Source of the DNA: Spirogloea muscicola
Lineage: Eukaryota
Direction: 5' to 3'
DNA length: 58,999 nucleotides
Assembly: GCA_009602725.1 (NCBI GenBank)
Contig: WELB01000008.1
Location: 118,890-177,888, forward strand
Shown: piece after piece, positions 1-12,200 of the stretch
How the letters are laid out: every line of letters begins with the position of its first letter
Numbering within the stretch: position 1 is the stretch's first letter
The notes under the pieces: model-generated
Told to the model about the DNA's origin: nothing
The model's input: only the letters and a program-made list of their open reading frames with translations
Database searches by the model: none
Translations under genes and position numbers: made by a program

Positions 1-1430
1 AGAGCCCTCGCTGCTGCCTCTGGCTCTGTCCAGGGGACCCACTTCCAGGACCCTAGCCTCTCTGATTTGCGGCTGCTTAGCAGGGGTTACTGAGTAATTT
101 GTAGCTGCTTTCTTTCTTTGTGTGCTTTGGTTTCTTAGCGCTTCCTCTGGCTTCCTCTGGCCCCCTTCTCGTTCTTTGTTCATTCAAGTACGCCGACCAT
201 CCGCGGGAAGACGAGTTCTTCCCGCTGGCGATTGACACGCATGGGGCGTTGGGCGCTCGGTGGCTCGAGTTGCTCACCCAGCAGAAGAAGGGCTCGCCCA
301 TTGAGAATATGGGCTGGAACAGCCAGCCCAAAAAAGAATGAACAGAGTACAAGAAGAGGGGGGGGGATCACCCAGCTCGCCCACCAGGCCATCGCCCGTC
401 GCTTCCATGGGGAGCCGGTGGACTTTCCTGCAGCCGGGTCGCTAGCGCAGGTGTACCGGATGTGCTTGGCCGTCTCGCTGCAGCGGTCAATGTCCCGCGC
501 GCTGCACCTGCGGGCCGGCAGAGCCCTCGCTGCTGCCTCTGGCTCTTGCCAGGGGACCCACTTCCAGGAGCCTAGCGTCTCTGACCTGAGGCTGCTTAGC
601 AGGGATTACTGAGTGATCCGTAGCTGCTTTGTTTCTTTGTGTGCTTGTTTTCCTTAGCGCTTTCCCTGACATAGGGCTCACTCCGACCCGATGTTGCTCA
701 CTCGAGGTACTGAGCTTCCCTAGTGCGTTGTCGTGTTTGGTAGTGTAGTCCTTTTCCGGCGGCCGGGTTTGCCAGGCATCAATGCTGCCGGCTCTCTGCG
801 CAGGTCTTTCGGAGTGATCCGTAGCTGCTTTGTTTCTTTGTGTGCTTGATTTTCTTAGCGCTTCCCCTGGCCCTCTTCTCGTCCTTTGTTGATTCTTTTT
901 AGGCTGGCTTTTCCAGCCCCTATTCTCACCTTGTCCATTCCTTTGGGCTGGCCTTTCCCAGCCACCAGTCAATCCGGCCGCGCTTTCCTTTATTTTCAAT
1001 GGGCGAGCACTTTCTTCTTTCGGATGAGGCTGGCGGTCTCGCCACAGCGCTCTTCTTTGGCTCATGCGTTCACGCGCGCGCTGGCCGTGCTATGGCTGCT
1101 GCTTCCGGGTCTCGGCAGAGTGCCGCTTTTCCTGCTTCGAGTTACTCTGATCTGCTGTTGCTCACAAGTGGATACTGAGCATCCATCTGAATCTCCCTCT
1201 GCACCGTCTCGTGCTTTGTAGTGTAGTCCTTTTTCGGCACTTCTTTCTTTGGCTATGGACATTGTCCATTCATTTTGGGTTGGCTTTGCCAGCCCCTCTT
1301 CTCTATGGACGAGCTCTTCTCTCTTTTCCGGCACCTCTTTCTTCGGCTTTGGACATTGTCCATGCTTGTTGGGCTGGCTTTGCCAGCCCTCCTCTCTATG
1401 GGCGAGCACTTCTTCGTCACTCCCAGTGTA
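1..1430 (+). mobile_element. Nest of 5'-truncated CRE-like (RLE-clade) non-LTR retrotransposon 3' ends
   Basis: Translates to the C-terminal end of an RLE-type ORF (KYADHPREDEFFPLAIDTHGALG...LAVSLQRSMSRALHLRAGRALAAASG). This is followed by repeated 3' tails TGTCCATTC(T)nGGGCTGG..CCAGCCC..ATGGGCGAGC(A/C)CTT. Homologous copies occur at 9.3-12.9 kb and 33.9-36.1 kb. Confidence 0.75.
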
Positions 1431-2771
1431 CTTGTTATGTGCTCACTCGCAGGGCAGTTGCATTTGCAGCGACCAGTCAGGCAGGCACTCTGCGCCAGTG
1501 ACGCATTGACGAGATCTGGCAGCTCTTGTTAGCTGGGGCATCTGTGTGGCCAACTTCTGTTCAGCTGATGCCGTTGGACCTCCATCCCTTTTCGGCATCT
1601 GATCGAAGACACTTGATATTGGCAATTTGAGTTGGACCTTGCAAGTGATCAACCAAAGAAGATCTGTAAGAAAAGTCCTAGTAGGAGCAATGGGCGAGCC
1701 CTTTCTTCTTAGTAGGAGCTTTGCAGCAAAGCAGCAGCTGTGTCGTGAAACTTGAGCTGCAAAGGCAGCAGCATAGGAGCTGAGTAGCAGTGCTGCAGAA
1801 TAGCAGTGCATGTTCTTGAGATGACTAAGTGTAGCGGGAGCAGAGCCATGGAGATTGCAGTCTGCAGCCCGAATGCTGAGTGAGGGCTTGAGCAGAATGA
1901 TGTGCAAGTGGAGCCGGAAATCAAGGATGAGTAAGACACCCAACAGATGGCATAGGTGCCATCTGTTGCGAGGCGGTGAGATATCCTTATACATAGCTGT
2001 GGCATTCTGATCAGACATCAGCAGCAGTTGGAGTAGCTCGATCATTGTTCAGGTATTTGGGTGGGAACATTGGCAAGCTATGAGAAAAATACAATGGCAT
2101 TCGCAGTGGACCATTGACTTCTGGATGACAATCAAAGAGAGAGAGATGGGATCAGTAAACCGGTGGACTATTGCGAAGAAGGTGGCAAGGAAGTTCATGT
2201 AATAGCAGACTGGGTAAGGGCTATAATTTTTTCGAGTAGGAGCAGTACGTTGGAGCAGTAGGAAGCTGGTTATGACATCAATGCTGCGCAAGCCCGGCCC
2301 GCCAGGCCGCACATACGCCGGCATGACTGCAACATGCAAGGTCCCTCTTTCAGCCCTCTGCTTCAGATTGTCCCTTTCATTTCTCCTCCGTTGTGTGCGC
2401 GAGCTGGCAGACTGGTCGACTTTTGGGCGGCACTGCAGGATGGCAGAGATCAAAGGTTTTCCGGAGTGCTCCTTCTCCTCCATGTGTGCCCTCCTCATAG
2501 CTGCCAGAAAGCCCTAGAGCGTTGGGCTCTCATCTACAGCTTGCGAGGACTTCACAACACGGCCCGCTTCCTTCTGCCACCCTCTGGCATGATTGGAAAT
2601 AGGCGCAAGATTTACAGTGCTTGCGGATGACCCAAGAGGTACAAAAGAAATTCAGTAGAAGAGATATGCAGAAGCGTCAAGGAGGGCTAAGGAGACCATA
2701 CAATTGACTTCTGCGTCCCACTGAAATTGAAGCTACTATTTGCCACAATTTGTACATTTTTGTACAAGCCA

Positions 2772-5013
2772 TCAGCAAGCTGATGACATGCCAGTCCTTG
2801 CTCCGGCAATAGCAACTGTCCTCTCCCGCTTCACGTTCTCAATGGCCCCTTTGACAGTCTGTAAGGCTTCATCCGTCTCTGGGTAGCCAGCTAAAGGGTC
2901 GTCCAGATTGAGCTGATAGTCCAAGCACAAGACCCCTTCCAAGGTGGCATGCAAGCAATACGCTGAGTATGTTGGCTGGTAACCACCCTCCTGAAGCACA
3001 AGGAGACGATCATTGCTGTACTTCGTTGCAACGGTCCGCACAAGCCTTCCTAAATTTCGATATCCGTCCATCGTCAGGCACATCCTGCCGTTGGAATCAA
3101 ACTGCACTACCAAGCAAAGCTGAATATGAATTTAGAATCAAGAGTCTTCATGCAAAGAGACTTACACATTCAGCACATGTAAGCATCACGAACCTTAAGA
3201 CACGCTGACATCTCGAATTTCAAGGCTCACTAAGCAGCGGAGAATAGCAAATGCTCACCATGCTCGAGTCTTGCCCAATCACAAAAACAATCAAGTGCGG
3301 TTGGTATTCGTCCATGGCTGGGCAGATCAACTCCTTGAAGGCCAGGTCGTACCCCCTGTCCCCAGTTCCATTTGGCAAGGGGATGTTCATATTGTAGCCC
3401 ACACCTCTACCTACTCCAACCTGGTCTGCCTGCGCAAAGAGAGGGTGCTTAAAAGAATAGGGCCTACTTCCATGGCACAAACTTGGCAAAACGTGCACGA
3501 TGTCAAACATTTTCGCAAATTCTGGGGCAATCAAGGTCTACTTAGAGCTGATGCTGATTTAGTGGGGATAGTTACCAAAAGGCTCTGAGGATGGCTGACA
3601 GGATCCCAAGAGCCGTGGTTCATGTGCATTGAGACTGTGTATACATCGTCCCTTGAGAAGAAGCCCTCAGCTGTGCCATTGCCGTAGTGCACATCAATGT
3701 CAATGACCGCCACCCTGCTGAGACCTGCGGAGCACAACGTGCAGTAGGAGCGTCTCCTCTTGCGGCCATGCTACTGAAGCTCAGTCCCTCGACGAGGAGC
3801 GCAGCAGAATCGAAGCCCCTCAACAACGCATGCCTCCTTGCCTGCATCTATTGCACGTTGAACAGCCAAACCAGCATTGTTGATGAAGCAGTAGCCGTCC
3901 GCCTGCTTGGGCTGCATCCGTGCATTTGCAGGCGCAATGATGGCTACATGGGTGTCTCAACTATCTCTGGTATAATGCACCACGTCATGATCAACGCAAT
4001 CGAACACAGGACGAACCTCACAGTCCACAATATGTGCGGAGACTTGCGCAAGGCACGCCCGTAGGTGGGAGCACAGAGCTTGACAGCAGATGCTGGGTGA
4101 GGGGGCTCACTTGGGCTTGGTGCCCAGGTGGCCTGACCAGAGCGTAGGCCAGGCTGCCCGTGCCCCGCAGGACGAAGTCCGCAGCTTCTAAGGTCGTGCC
4201 GGCGGCCAGGAGCGTGGCCGCCCAGGAGCCCGGCCGCATCTCAGTGCCATCGCAGAAGTGCTTGCCGCCGGCGGCGTCCGCCGCCACGAGCTCGTCGATG
4301 TATTCTAGCAAAAAACCCCAGTTGATAGCAGATTGTAAGCCAGCGGCCGTGCTCAGGTTGTCTGCATGACCCAGCTCGGAGAGCAGCGCTGCCCTCCACG
4401 GCTTGCCGGCTTCCCAAACCACAGCCCTGCATTGTAGACCCTTAATGCCAGATGCAAGCCACTGCGGCAAGCGACGGCGACGCCTGAATGGCAATCGCCC
4501 AACGTCCCAAACATGATATGCGGAGCGAGCTGACGCGCTCGGCCTTCTGTGACGGGGGTTTGCGGAGAGCGCCGGCACGAGGTGTGCAGCTTGTGGGGTT
4601 TCACTCAGAAAACAACTCGTTGGGGATCCGGCTGCAGTCTCCTGGACTCGAACCGCCGATCTGCAGAAACGGACTGGCCGAGGGGGAGAGCCGAGGGGCC
4701 GCACCCTGCGCGTGGAAGGCCGCGAGCTCCAAAAGCGCCGCAACGCGCCCGGCGCGCCACTCCACGTGCGCCGCGATGGGCCCCCGCCGCAGCGCCGCCG
4801 CCATGTTGCGCACCCGCGCCGCGCCCTCGGGGTGCTCGTCCAGCACGTCCAGCAGGCCCTCGCCACCCTCGCCGCCACCGCCTCGGTCGAATACGCCGCG
4901 CCGCGGCGCGTGCGCCAGCATCCCCTCGTCGTAGAACACCGCAATCGTGGGCCAACCGCCGCCATTGCCGGCGAGGCCGCCGCCGCCGCGGCCGCCGGCG
5001 GCGGCGGCGGCGG
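2772..5013 (-). CDS. HDA8: Histone deacetylase 8-like (RPD3/HDA1 superfamily); 5' end lies in the assembly gap
   Basis: Exons gap-4705, 4304-4111, 3911-3842, 3724-3576, 3429-3259 and 3101-2772 splice in frame. Motifs: HPE, LVRPPGHQAQ, ADGYCFINNAG, DIDVHYGNGT, GYNMNIPLPNGTGDRGY, GQDSS, QEGGY. Confidence 0.92.
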
Positions 5014-5089
5014 NNNNNNNNNNNNNNNNNNNNNNNNNNNNNNNNNNNNNNNNNNNNNNNNNNNNNNNNNNNNNNNNNNNNNNNNNNNN
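5014..5089. other. Assembly gap (others at 13296-13439 and 33188-33591; single Ns at 46305, 50235, 54071)
   Basis: Runs of N, all in very GC-rich 5' gene regions. Two are preceded by long poly(A) runs. Confidence 0.95.
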
Positions 5090-5129
5090 CCGCCGCCGCC
5101 GGCGGCGGCGGCGGCGGCGGCGGCGATGA

Positions 5130-8100
5130 CTGCGGTGTCCCGGCCACAGAGGCCTCGCCGGCGTCCGCCTATCCCATGATCTCCATCGCCGAGGCCACGG
5201 CGACGGTGCTGAAGGCCGCCTCTCCGGCGAGGCCGTCGGAGCCGTGCTCGCCGAGGACGTGATGGCGCCGGAGCCTCTCCCGCCTTACCCGGCGTCCATC
5301 AAGGTGAGCGCGCCTGGAAGGCGCATCGTGCACCTCTGGAACTTCACAGCTGCGCAACAGTCGTGGTGTGCTTTGGCTTTGACTTTGCCGATGCTGAGCA
5401 GCCTGGATGCTGCTGCTCTCGACCTGCGCCTTTGCTGTGGCTAGGATGGCTACGCGGTTGTAGCTGCCGATGGACCTGGCGAATACACAGTGGTTGCCGA
5501 AGTGAGGGCTGGCGACGACGGCAGCCCGCTGCTGCGGCCCAGCGACCTGGACAGCGCCGACTTCGAGGGCGACGGCAGCGACTCCGACCTCGACGCCGAC
5601 GGCGACGGCTGGGGCGGCGGCGGCGGCCGCGCCGCCTGGTCCCGCGCCGCCTCCACGAGCTCCTCCGCCGGTGCGAAACTCCAGTCTTCCTGGCGCTCTG
5701 CCGATCCGAGCACGGGCGCTGTCGCTGCGGAATCTTATCACCGCTTTGCCCGCTCGAGCACGGAGGCGTCGTGGGATAATTTCCATCGCCAGGACTGCCC
5801 ACCTCGCTCCCCACAGCAGCGCCTGAACCCCAGCTCGGGCTCTGGCCTCCGCGCTCCGGAGCAGGCCAAGGCGCGGCTCGGGCCAGGCCGCCGCGCGGCC
5901 TGATGGCGGAGCGGGACTGGGAGGAGGCTGCATATGACATCATCCGACGGCAAAAGCAGGTTGGCACTCCCAGCTTCCTGCGTGCATGGCTACCCACGTC
6001 GCTCTATTGGTTGGCCGCTGCTATGCGCCCCCAAGTAACCAGAAACACGCTTCGCCAAGGAGGTCGCGTCATGGCAGCAGCAACAGCAGCTGCCACCAGT
6101 GGCGTCGCCACTGTTGGGGGGTTTTGCAAAGGCAAACATTCTTAATAAGCGGATGTGTTTTAGTATCACTCTGGGTAAGGTGGAGGCTTAAGGGAGGGAT
6201 GGACTTTGAGTATGTGGGTGAGGGGTAGGTGTAAGGCTCATACTTGAGAGGTCAGCCCCAGCCAGTATTGCTTTACCCGTCAGTGTTATGCAATTTGACT
6301 TGCCGAAGCTGAGGCTGCGCCGATGGCGCAGCCTCAGTGTTAGGCAGCTAATGTGGACTTAGCATTGCTGTCCATTTGTGCATTTCTCGTCAGCGGGAGT
6401 TCATGGCCACTGCCCGGCAAGTAGCGCTGCACAAGGCTCCTGCAGTGGGCAAGCCAAGTAGCCTGGTGCAGCACTGGAGTGAGGAGACCGGCAAGAGTGG
6501 ACACAGGCGCCCCCGGGGCCCGTCGGGCGAAGGTGGAGGCGAGGCAGGGCCGGGCAGAGCCTCGCACTCATCTCCCGAGAGAGTGACCAGGGAGCACGGC
6601 GCGTCCATTGGAGACACAGATGTGAGTTGGAGTCAGAACCCCTTAATGTTGAGCCTGAATAATTACTTCCAAAGCATCCTTGATGATGAAGTCAAGTGCT
6701 TGCTGCAGCTCCATTGCACAATCTATTACCAGCACAAGTTGCTTCTAGCTCCTGTTGGCGTGGTGCTACTGAGGAGCATACTCAGTCAGGATGGACATGT
6801 TGCTGGTTGTGATGTCGTTGTTCCCCATGTTTCTACTTGCTCTATGTGCTATGTTGCTATTAACAGCAATGTTATATCTGGATTGAAAGCGCTTGTGCCG
6901 TCTCCCATCTCTCATCAGCAGGCAGTTGGACCATGCAAGTCCATTGATGATGCCAGCTTCAACTGGCTGCTCACGAAGCACAACTTTGAGCCCAAGTGGC
7001 GGCTGCTCGTGGACTATCTGTATTCGTTGGGTCTGGACAAGCATGCCATCCTGCTCATGGCGGAGCGGCACAAAGGTGCCCTCAGCACCAGTGCTGCTGT
7101 TGCAGACAGCCGACTGAAGCACCTGCAGAGCCTGGGGGTCAAGCCGGAAGATCTGCGTAAGCTGCTCATGAGGCACCCGCAGATTGTCGAGTACAAGGAG
7201 GAGTGCTCGAGGCAGCGGGTGGAGTACCTCCTGACTTTGGGAGTGCCCAAGAGCCACTTAGGAAGGGTCATAATGGCTAATCCAGCCATCCTAAGCAGCA
7301 GCATCAAGCGGACCCTCCAGAGCCGGGCGCAGTACCTCGTCAGTGTCGTCGGCATTGCGAAGGAGGACGTTGGGAAGGTTGTAGCGAGGAGTCCTCAGGT
7401 GATTGCTTGCAGGAGAACGCCTTTGCACGTCATTGCTCAAAACTCCTGTAAGGTGGAACATTTGACTGACCACCAAGATTATCTATACATATTGGAGAGT
7501 TGAGATGCTTCAAGCAAACATTTTGACGTGCTTAGACCACAGATTGAAGGATTTGATCATGTACAGAGCAGGCACCCCATGTCCAACACAAAAGGAAATG
7601 TGTTGTTCTTGTCCACGTGTTCAGGTACTGACACAAAGCATTGAGCAATCCTTGAGTCCGCGTGTCAACTTTCTCAGGACGGAAGTGGGGTTATCATCCC
7701 AGCAGCTTGCTCGCATGATTTTCAAGTGAGTGCTGTCTGTTTCTGCTCTCCTGACAGTGAGGCTATCAATTTGAGAAGTCATGGGGCATGACTGTGTAGG
7801 AGCAACCTAAACAAATTGTGCAACTGAAGCCCTCCTTATTATTACCCACAGGCATCCGCAGCTGTTGCATTACAGCGTGCATGATGGTATGCGGCCCCGC
7901 ATCGCCTACCTTCGCAGCATCGGCTTGACTGCTGATGATATCAGCAAGGTGCTGATGAGGCTCACACAGGTGTCTCACCAACCATCACCACCATCGTTTG
8001 AAGAAGCGTAACATCACCATGACTAGGTGCCATCATGCAGCACCACAGCCTGTTTTGTCTGCATCAAGATACAGGTCCTGCCACAGTGCTAAGAGGAGGG

Positions 8101-8446
8101 GCCTTTGTGACTGCAGATTTTCTCCTTGTCTGTCTCAAACACGCTACAACCAAAACTGGAGTACCTCCTTGAAGAGCTAAAATGCGACTTGAAAGTGGTC
8201 GTCAGCTACCCAGCATACTTCAGCCTCTCCTTGGAGCAACGAATCAAGCCACGCCACAAGTTCCTCGTGTCTCTGAAGAGGCTCCCAAGGGGCGCATTCC
8301 CAATGAAGTACTTAGCTTTGACAGACAAAGCATTCTGCACTCACGTGGCGCAGACAAGTGAGGAGGACTACCAATCTTTCAGACAAGGGCTACTGTTGAG
8401 CCAGTTTGCAGAGCGCTTTCAACGGAGGCATAAGTTGCCAACTTAA
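5130..8446 (+). CDS. MTERF9: Organellar transcription termination factor, mTERF9-like; 5' exons uncertain
   Basis: mTERF repeats in exons ~6921-7398, 7625-7726, 7852-7969 and 8117-8446 (HPQLLHYSVHDGMRPRIAYLRSIG, YPAYFSLSLEQRIKPRHKFLVSLK), matching my recollection of the plant mTERF9 C-terminus. Low-complexity N-terminal exons near 5150-5303, 5445-5670, 5819-5959 and 6342-6621. Confidence 0.85.
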
Positions 8447-9289
8447 AGAGTACTTGGATGTTGAGCACTTGGTATACTTGATGACATTCACTTGTTACCT
8501 TGGGTGAACAACCTGGTTGGAGCGTGTGGTCCACGTTGCTCACTGAGATTGACGGGCGTAGCTGCTCACTGATAATGAGAGGCGTAGCTTCATAGGTGAT
8601 GGAATCATAGGTGGGTGCCCAAGTGCTCAGATTTAGGCAACGTGAAGGGAGGAGGATTTCGAGGCAGATCAATCCTGGAGCATGCTTGTACGTTGTTCTC
8701 ATGCCAGAGCGAGATTTAGCCTTCACATAGAGCGATTGTACAGACTGACTGGTGTTTCCTTGATTTTTACTCAAGGGGGGACGTAAGGCTGAGTGTGCTA
8801 GCTACAATTCACAAGCAAGAGGTCGATGCAGCATTTTTAGCACCTTCTGCGAGGTAGCCACTCAGAGGAGCCAGCAAAGAAGAAGACTAGAGGTGTACGA
8901 GTTTGCCAATGAGCAAAGGTAGGGTGTCTCACTTCATATCCAAGTAAAGAGGTGGTCATGTGAGATTGGCATCATACCCTGCGCTTTTCCTGGAAGACCT
9001 CACTCCTTCAGAGGAAGAAAGACGCTTCTATGAGGGGGCGGTGGCTGGGAGAGGCCAGCCCCAAAAAATGAGTGAACAAAGGTCGGAGGGGCCAAGGGGA
9101 ATTGTGAAAGCTAGCACGTATGGAATGAAGCAGCTACCAGACACTCAGCAACCCCTGCTAAGCCTGCTGCTCTCTTTTTAAGAAGCCTTTTTCTCTTCGT
9201 GAAGTATCTTCATCTCGCTGCCCAAGCAGAAATCCCCGTACTGTCATCGCAGTGCAATGGCCCAACCCAGCTTGTCAACCCAGTAGATA

Positions 9290-12200
9290 ATGCGCCGAAA
9301 AGTGGCAGCAGTTTCACCAGACGCAGAGTTCCCACCGTTGGGCTCTGCGTGGGCTACAACAGAGAGCAAGCGCGGCAACATTAACTGGTGGCTGGGAGGA
9401 GTGGCCACACCATCGCCCGTCGCTTCCATGGGGAGCCGGTCGACTTCCCTGCGGTCGGGTCGCTGGCGCAAGTGTATCGAATGCGCCTGGCCGACTCGCT
9501 GCAGAGGTCTATGGCCCGGGCGTTGCACCTTGCCGGCAGAGCCCTCGCTGCTGCCTCTTGCATCTCTGATCTGCGGCTGCTTAGCAGGGGTTACTGAGTG
9601 TCTCGTAGCAGCTTTGTTTCTGTTACTTAGCGCTTCCCCTGGCCCCCTTCTCGTACTCTGTTCATTCTTTTTGGGGCTGGTTGTTCCAGCCCCTATTCTC
9701 AATGGGCGAGCACTTTCTTCTTCTCTGGCTCTGGCCAGGGGACCCACTTCAACGAGCCTAGCCTCTCCGACCTGCGGCTGCTTAGCAAGTACTTTGACCA
9801 AAGTAACAGAAACAAAGAATAAACAAAGAACGAGAAGGGGGCCAGAGGAAGCCAGAGGAAGCGCTAAGAAACCAAAGCACACAAAGAAAGAAAGCAGCTG
9901 CAAATTACTCAGTAACCCCTGCTAAGCAGCCGCAAATCAGAGAGGCTAGGGTCCTGGAAGTGGGTCCCCTGGACAGAGCCAGAGGCAGCAGCGAGGGCTC
10001 TCCCGGCACGAAGGTGCAGCGCACGGGCCATGGACCTCTGCAGCGAGACGGCCAAGCGCATGCGGTACACTTGCGCCAGCGACCCGGCTGCAGGAAAGTC
10101 TACCGGTTCACCATGGAAGCGACGGGCGATTGCGTGGCGGGCGAGCTGGTTAAGTAGCTCAAGCCACCGAGCTTAGCAGAGGTTACTGAGTGATTCTCCT
10201 GTAGCTCTTTGGATTTTGTCCATTCTTTTTTGGCTGGCTTCTGCCAGCCCCTCTCTTCTGGCCGCGCTTTCTATTTCTCTTCTATGGGCGAGCTTTTTCA
10301 CTTTCCCAATGGGGGCAAGGGCTATGAGAAGCCAGCACAACAGGAGCGGACTTGTGGTACCGGCAATTGGCGGTTGGTGGGCCCCCCCAGCGCCCAACAG
10401 CCGGCGGCGGTGACCGACCAATACCCTGCCTCTCAAGCTGACCAGCGGCGCCGGGAACAGGGTGCAGCCCTTCGAGAGAATGCGCGGCCAGATTGACTGG
10501 TGGCTGGGAAAGAAAGTGCTCGCCCATTGAGAATAGATGAGCTCGCCCATAGAAGAGAGGGGCTGGCAGAAGCCAGCCAAAAAATAATGGACAATATCCA
10601 AAGAGCTCCAACACTAGCTAGGCATCTAGACAACTAGACATGACGGAACCACACGAAGTTCAATACCCGCGGGTGAGCAACATCAGGTCAGAGTAGCTCG
10701 AGGCTGGAAAAGATGCAGCCGGGCGAGACCCGGAAGCAGCAACAAGAGCACGGCCCGCGCGTGAGTGGACGGCATGAGCGAGTGAGCGTTGAAGGGACAC
10801 GGAGAAAGGCCAGCCCAAAAGAATGGACAAGGTCTGAGGGAGCTTGAGTGCGAACGACTAGGACTAAGACATCAGCCAGGGAACGCTCAGTAACCTCTAG
10901 ACAGGAGATGCAGATCCGAGTAGCTAGCTGGTGGAAAGACGTCGCCCTGACAGCCCTTCCCGGTGGCTCGGTGCCTTTGGGTCTTGTTTCCTGCTACCGA
11001 AAGCATTTATCTATGTGCCTACAGCGGTCCCAGGCGATTGCTTTGCATCGCCGGGCTGGTCGCGCCCTTGCAGCAGCCTCTGGTTTCCAGCCCCTATTCT
11101 CAATGGGCGAGCACTTTCTTCTTCTGGTTTGCGCAGCGGGGTTGCTCTTCCTGCCTTCAGCTCTGACTTCCTACTGCTGACACGGGGGTATTGAGGGCGC
11201 CCTGTCTGCCTAGCCTTTGGCTCCGTCATGAACACCTGTATGCATCTGGCTGGCAGTTTACAGCCGAATCTTTTATATCAGCAGCCGCTTTGTGAAATAC
11301 CCCCGGGGCCTGTACCTGGCCATTTGGCCTACATTTCTTTCTAATACACGATCTCTTTCCCGGCGCTAGGCGCCTTCCGGCTCTTTGGACCTTGTCCACT
11401 TGGAGGCACTATAATGACCACCCCCGGGGGGACCACTTCTTCCCGTGCGCCATGGACATACACGGCGGCTACGGAACTAACCGGTCTTCCCTCCTCGATC
11501 GCTTGGCACTGCAAGTTGATGCCCGCCGATGTAGTCGGGCGGGTAGCTCAGGCCATTATAGCGTCCCGGAAGCCATCATTGCATGCTGTAGAATGCGGCT
11601 ATCATTGAGTCTGCAGCGCTCCCAGGCACTCGCGATTCACCAGCGTGCTGGTCGTGCATTAGCCCAGGCTAGTGGCTCCGTGGTGGTGGTTTGGCTCCTC
11701 AGTATAGCTTGTCAGATATGTATGTGCTCACTCGGGGATATGAGTGTCCCCCTTAGCCAGCTCATTACCCAGATAACAGGACATTTGTAAGGCTAGAAGT
11801 GGCCTCCCATTCAATCCCATGCGCACCGCGCGCCTTCTCTCTCTGTCCATTCTTTCACACTTCGTTCATACTCCTCATTTTACTCTTGGGCTGGCCTCCC
11901 ACAGCCGATGAATAACATTGAACTCTTTCTCCCACAACCCAAGTGCCTTACTTCGAAGCTGTTTCTGATTAAAGGGAAGGCACGGTTGTGCGCATGCAAT
12001 GAGAGGGAGGCCAAAGCAAGCTTTCTATTTTCTTTCTTTCTCTTCTTTAAGCCAAGCCAACCTCAATCAAGCCAATACACTGTTCAGGCAAACGCTAGCG
12101 CAGAGATGAGCAGGGCTAGCCCTTCAAATACATCAGTCATGCCCATCCAGCTGGGAGCGGACAGTCAGCTCCATACGCGGCGCGCTGACCTGGTCGCCAT

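Noticed and set aside
1..1430. CRISPR-like array of repeated palindromic motifs
   Set aside because: Irregular spacing, mixed orientation, eukaryotic context and attachment to retroelement ORF ends.
4635..4670. tRNA-like B-box GGTTCGAGTCC on the minus strand in an HDA8 intron
   Set aside because: The T-stem does not pair and no D-arm or acceptor stem is visible.
8750..8780. TGTTTCCTTGATTT..TCAAG resembling part of plant U3 snoRNA
   Set aside because: No box A/A' or C/D motifs in the expected positions.
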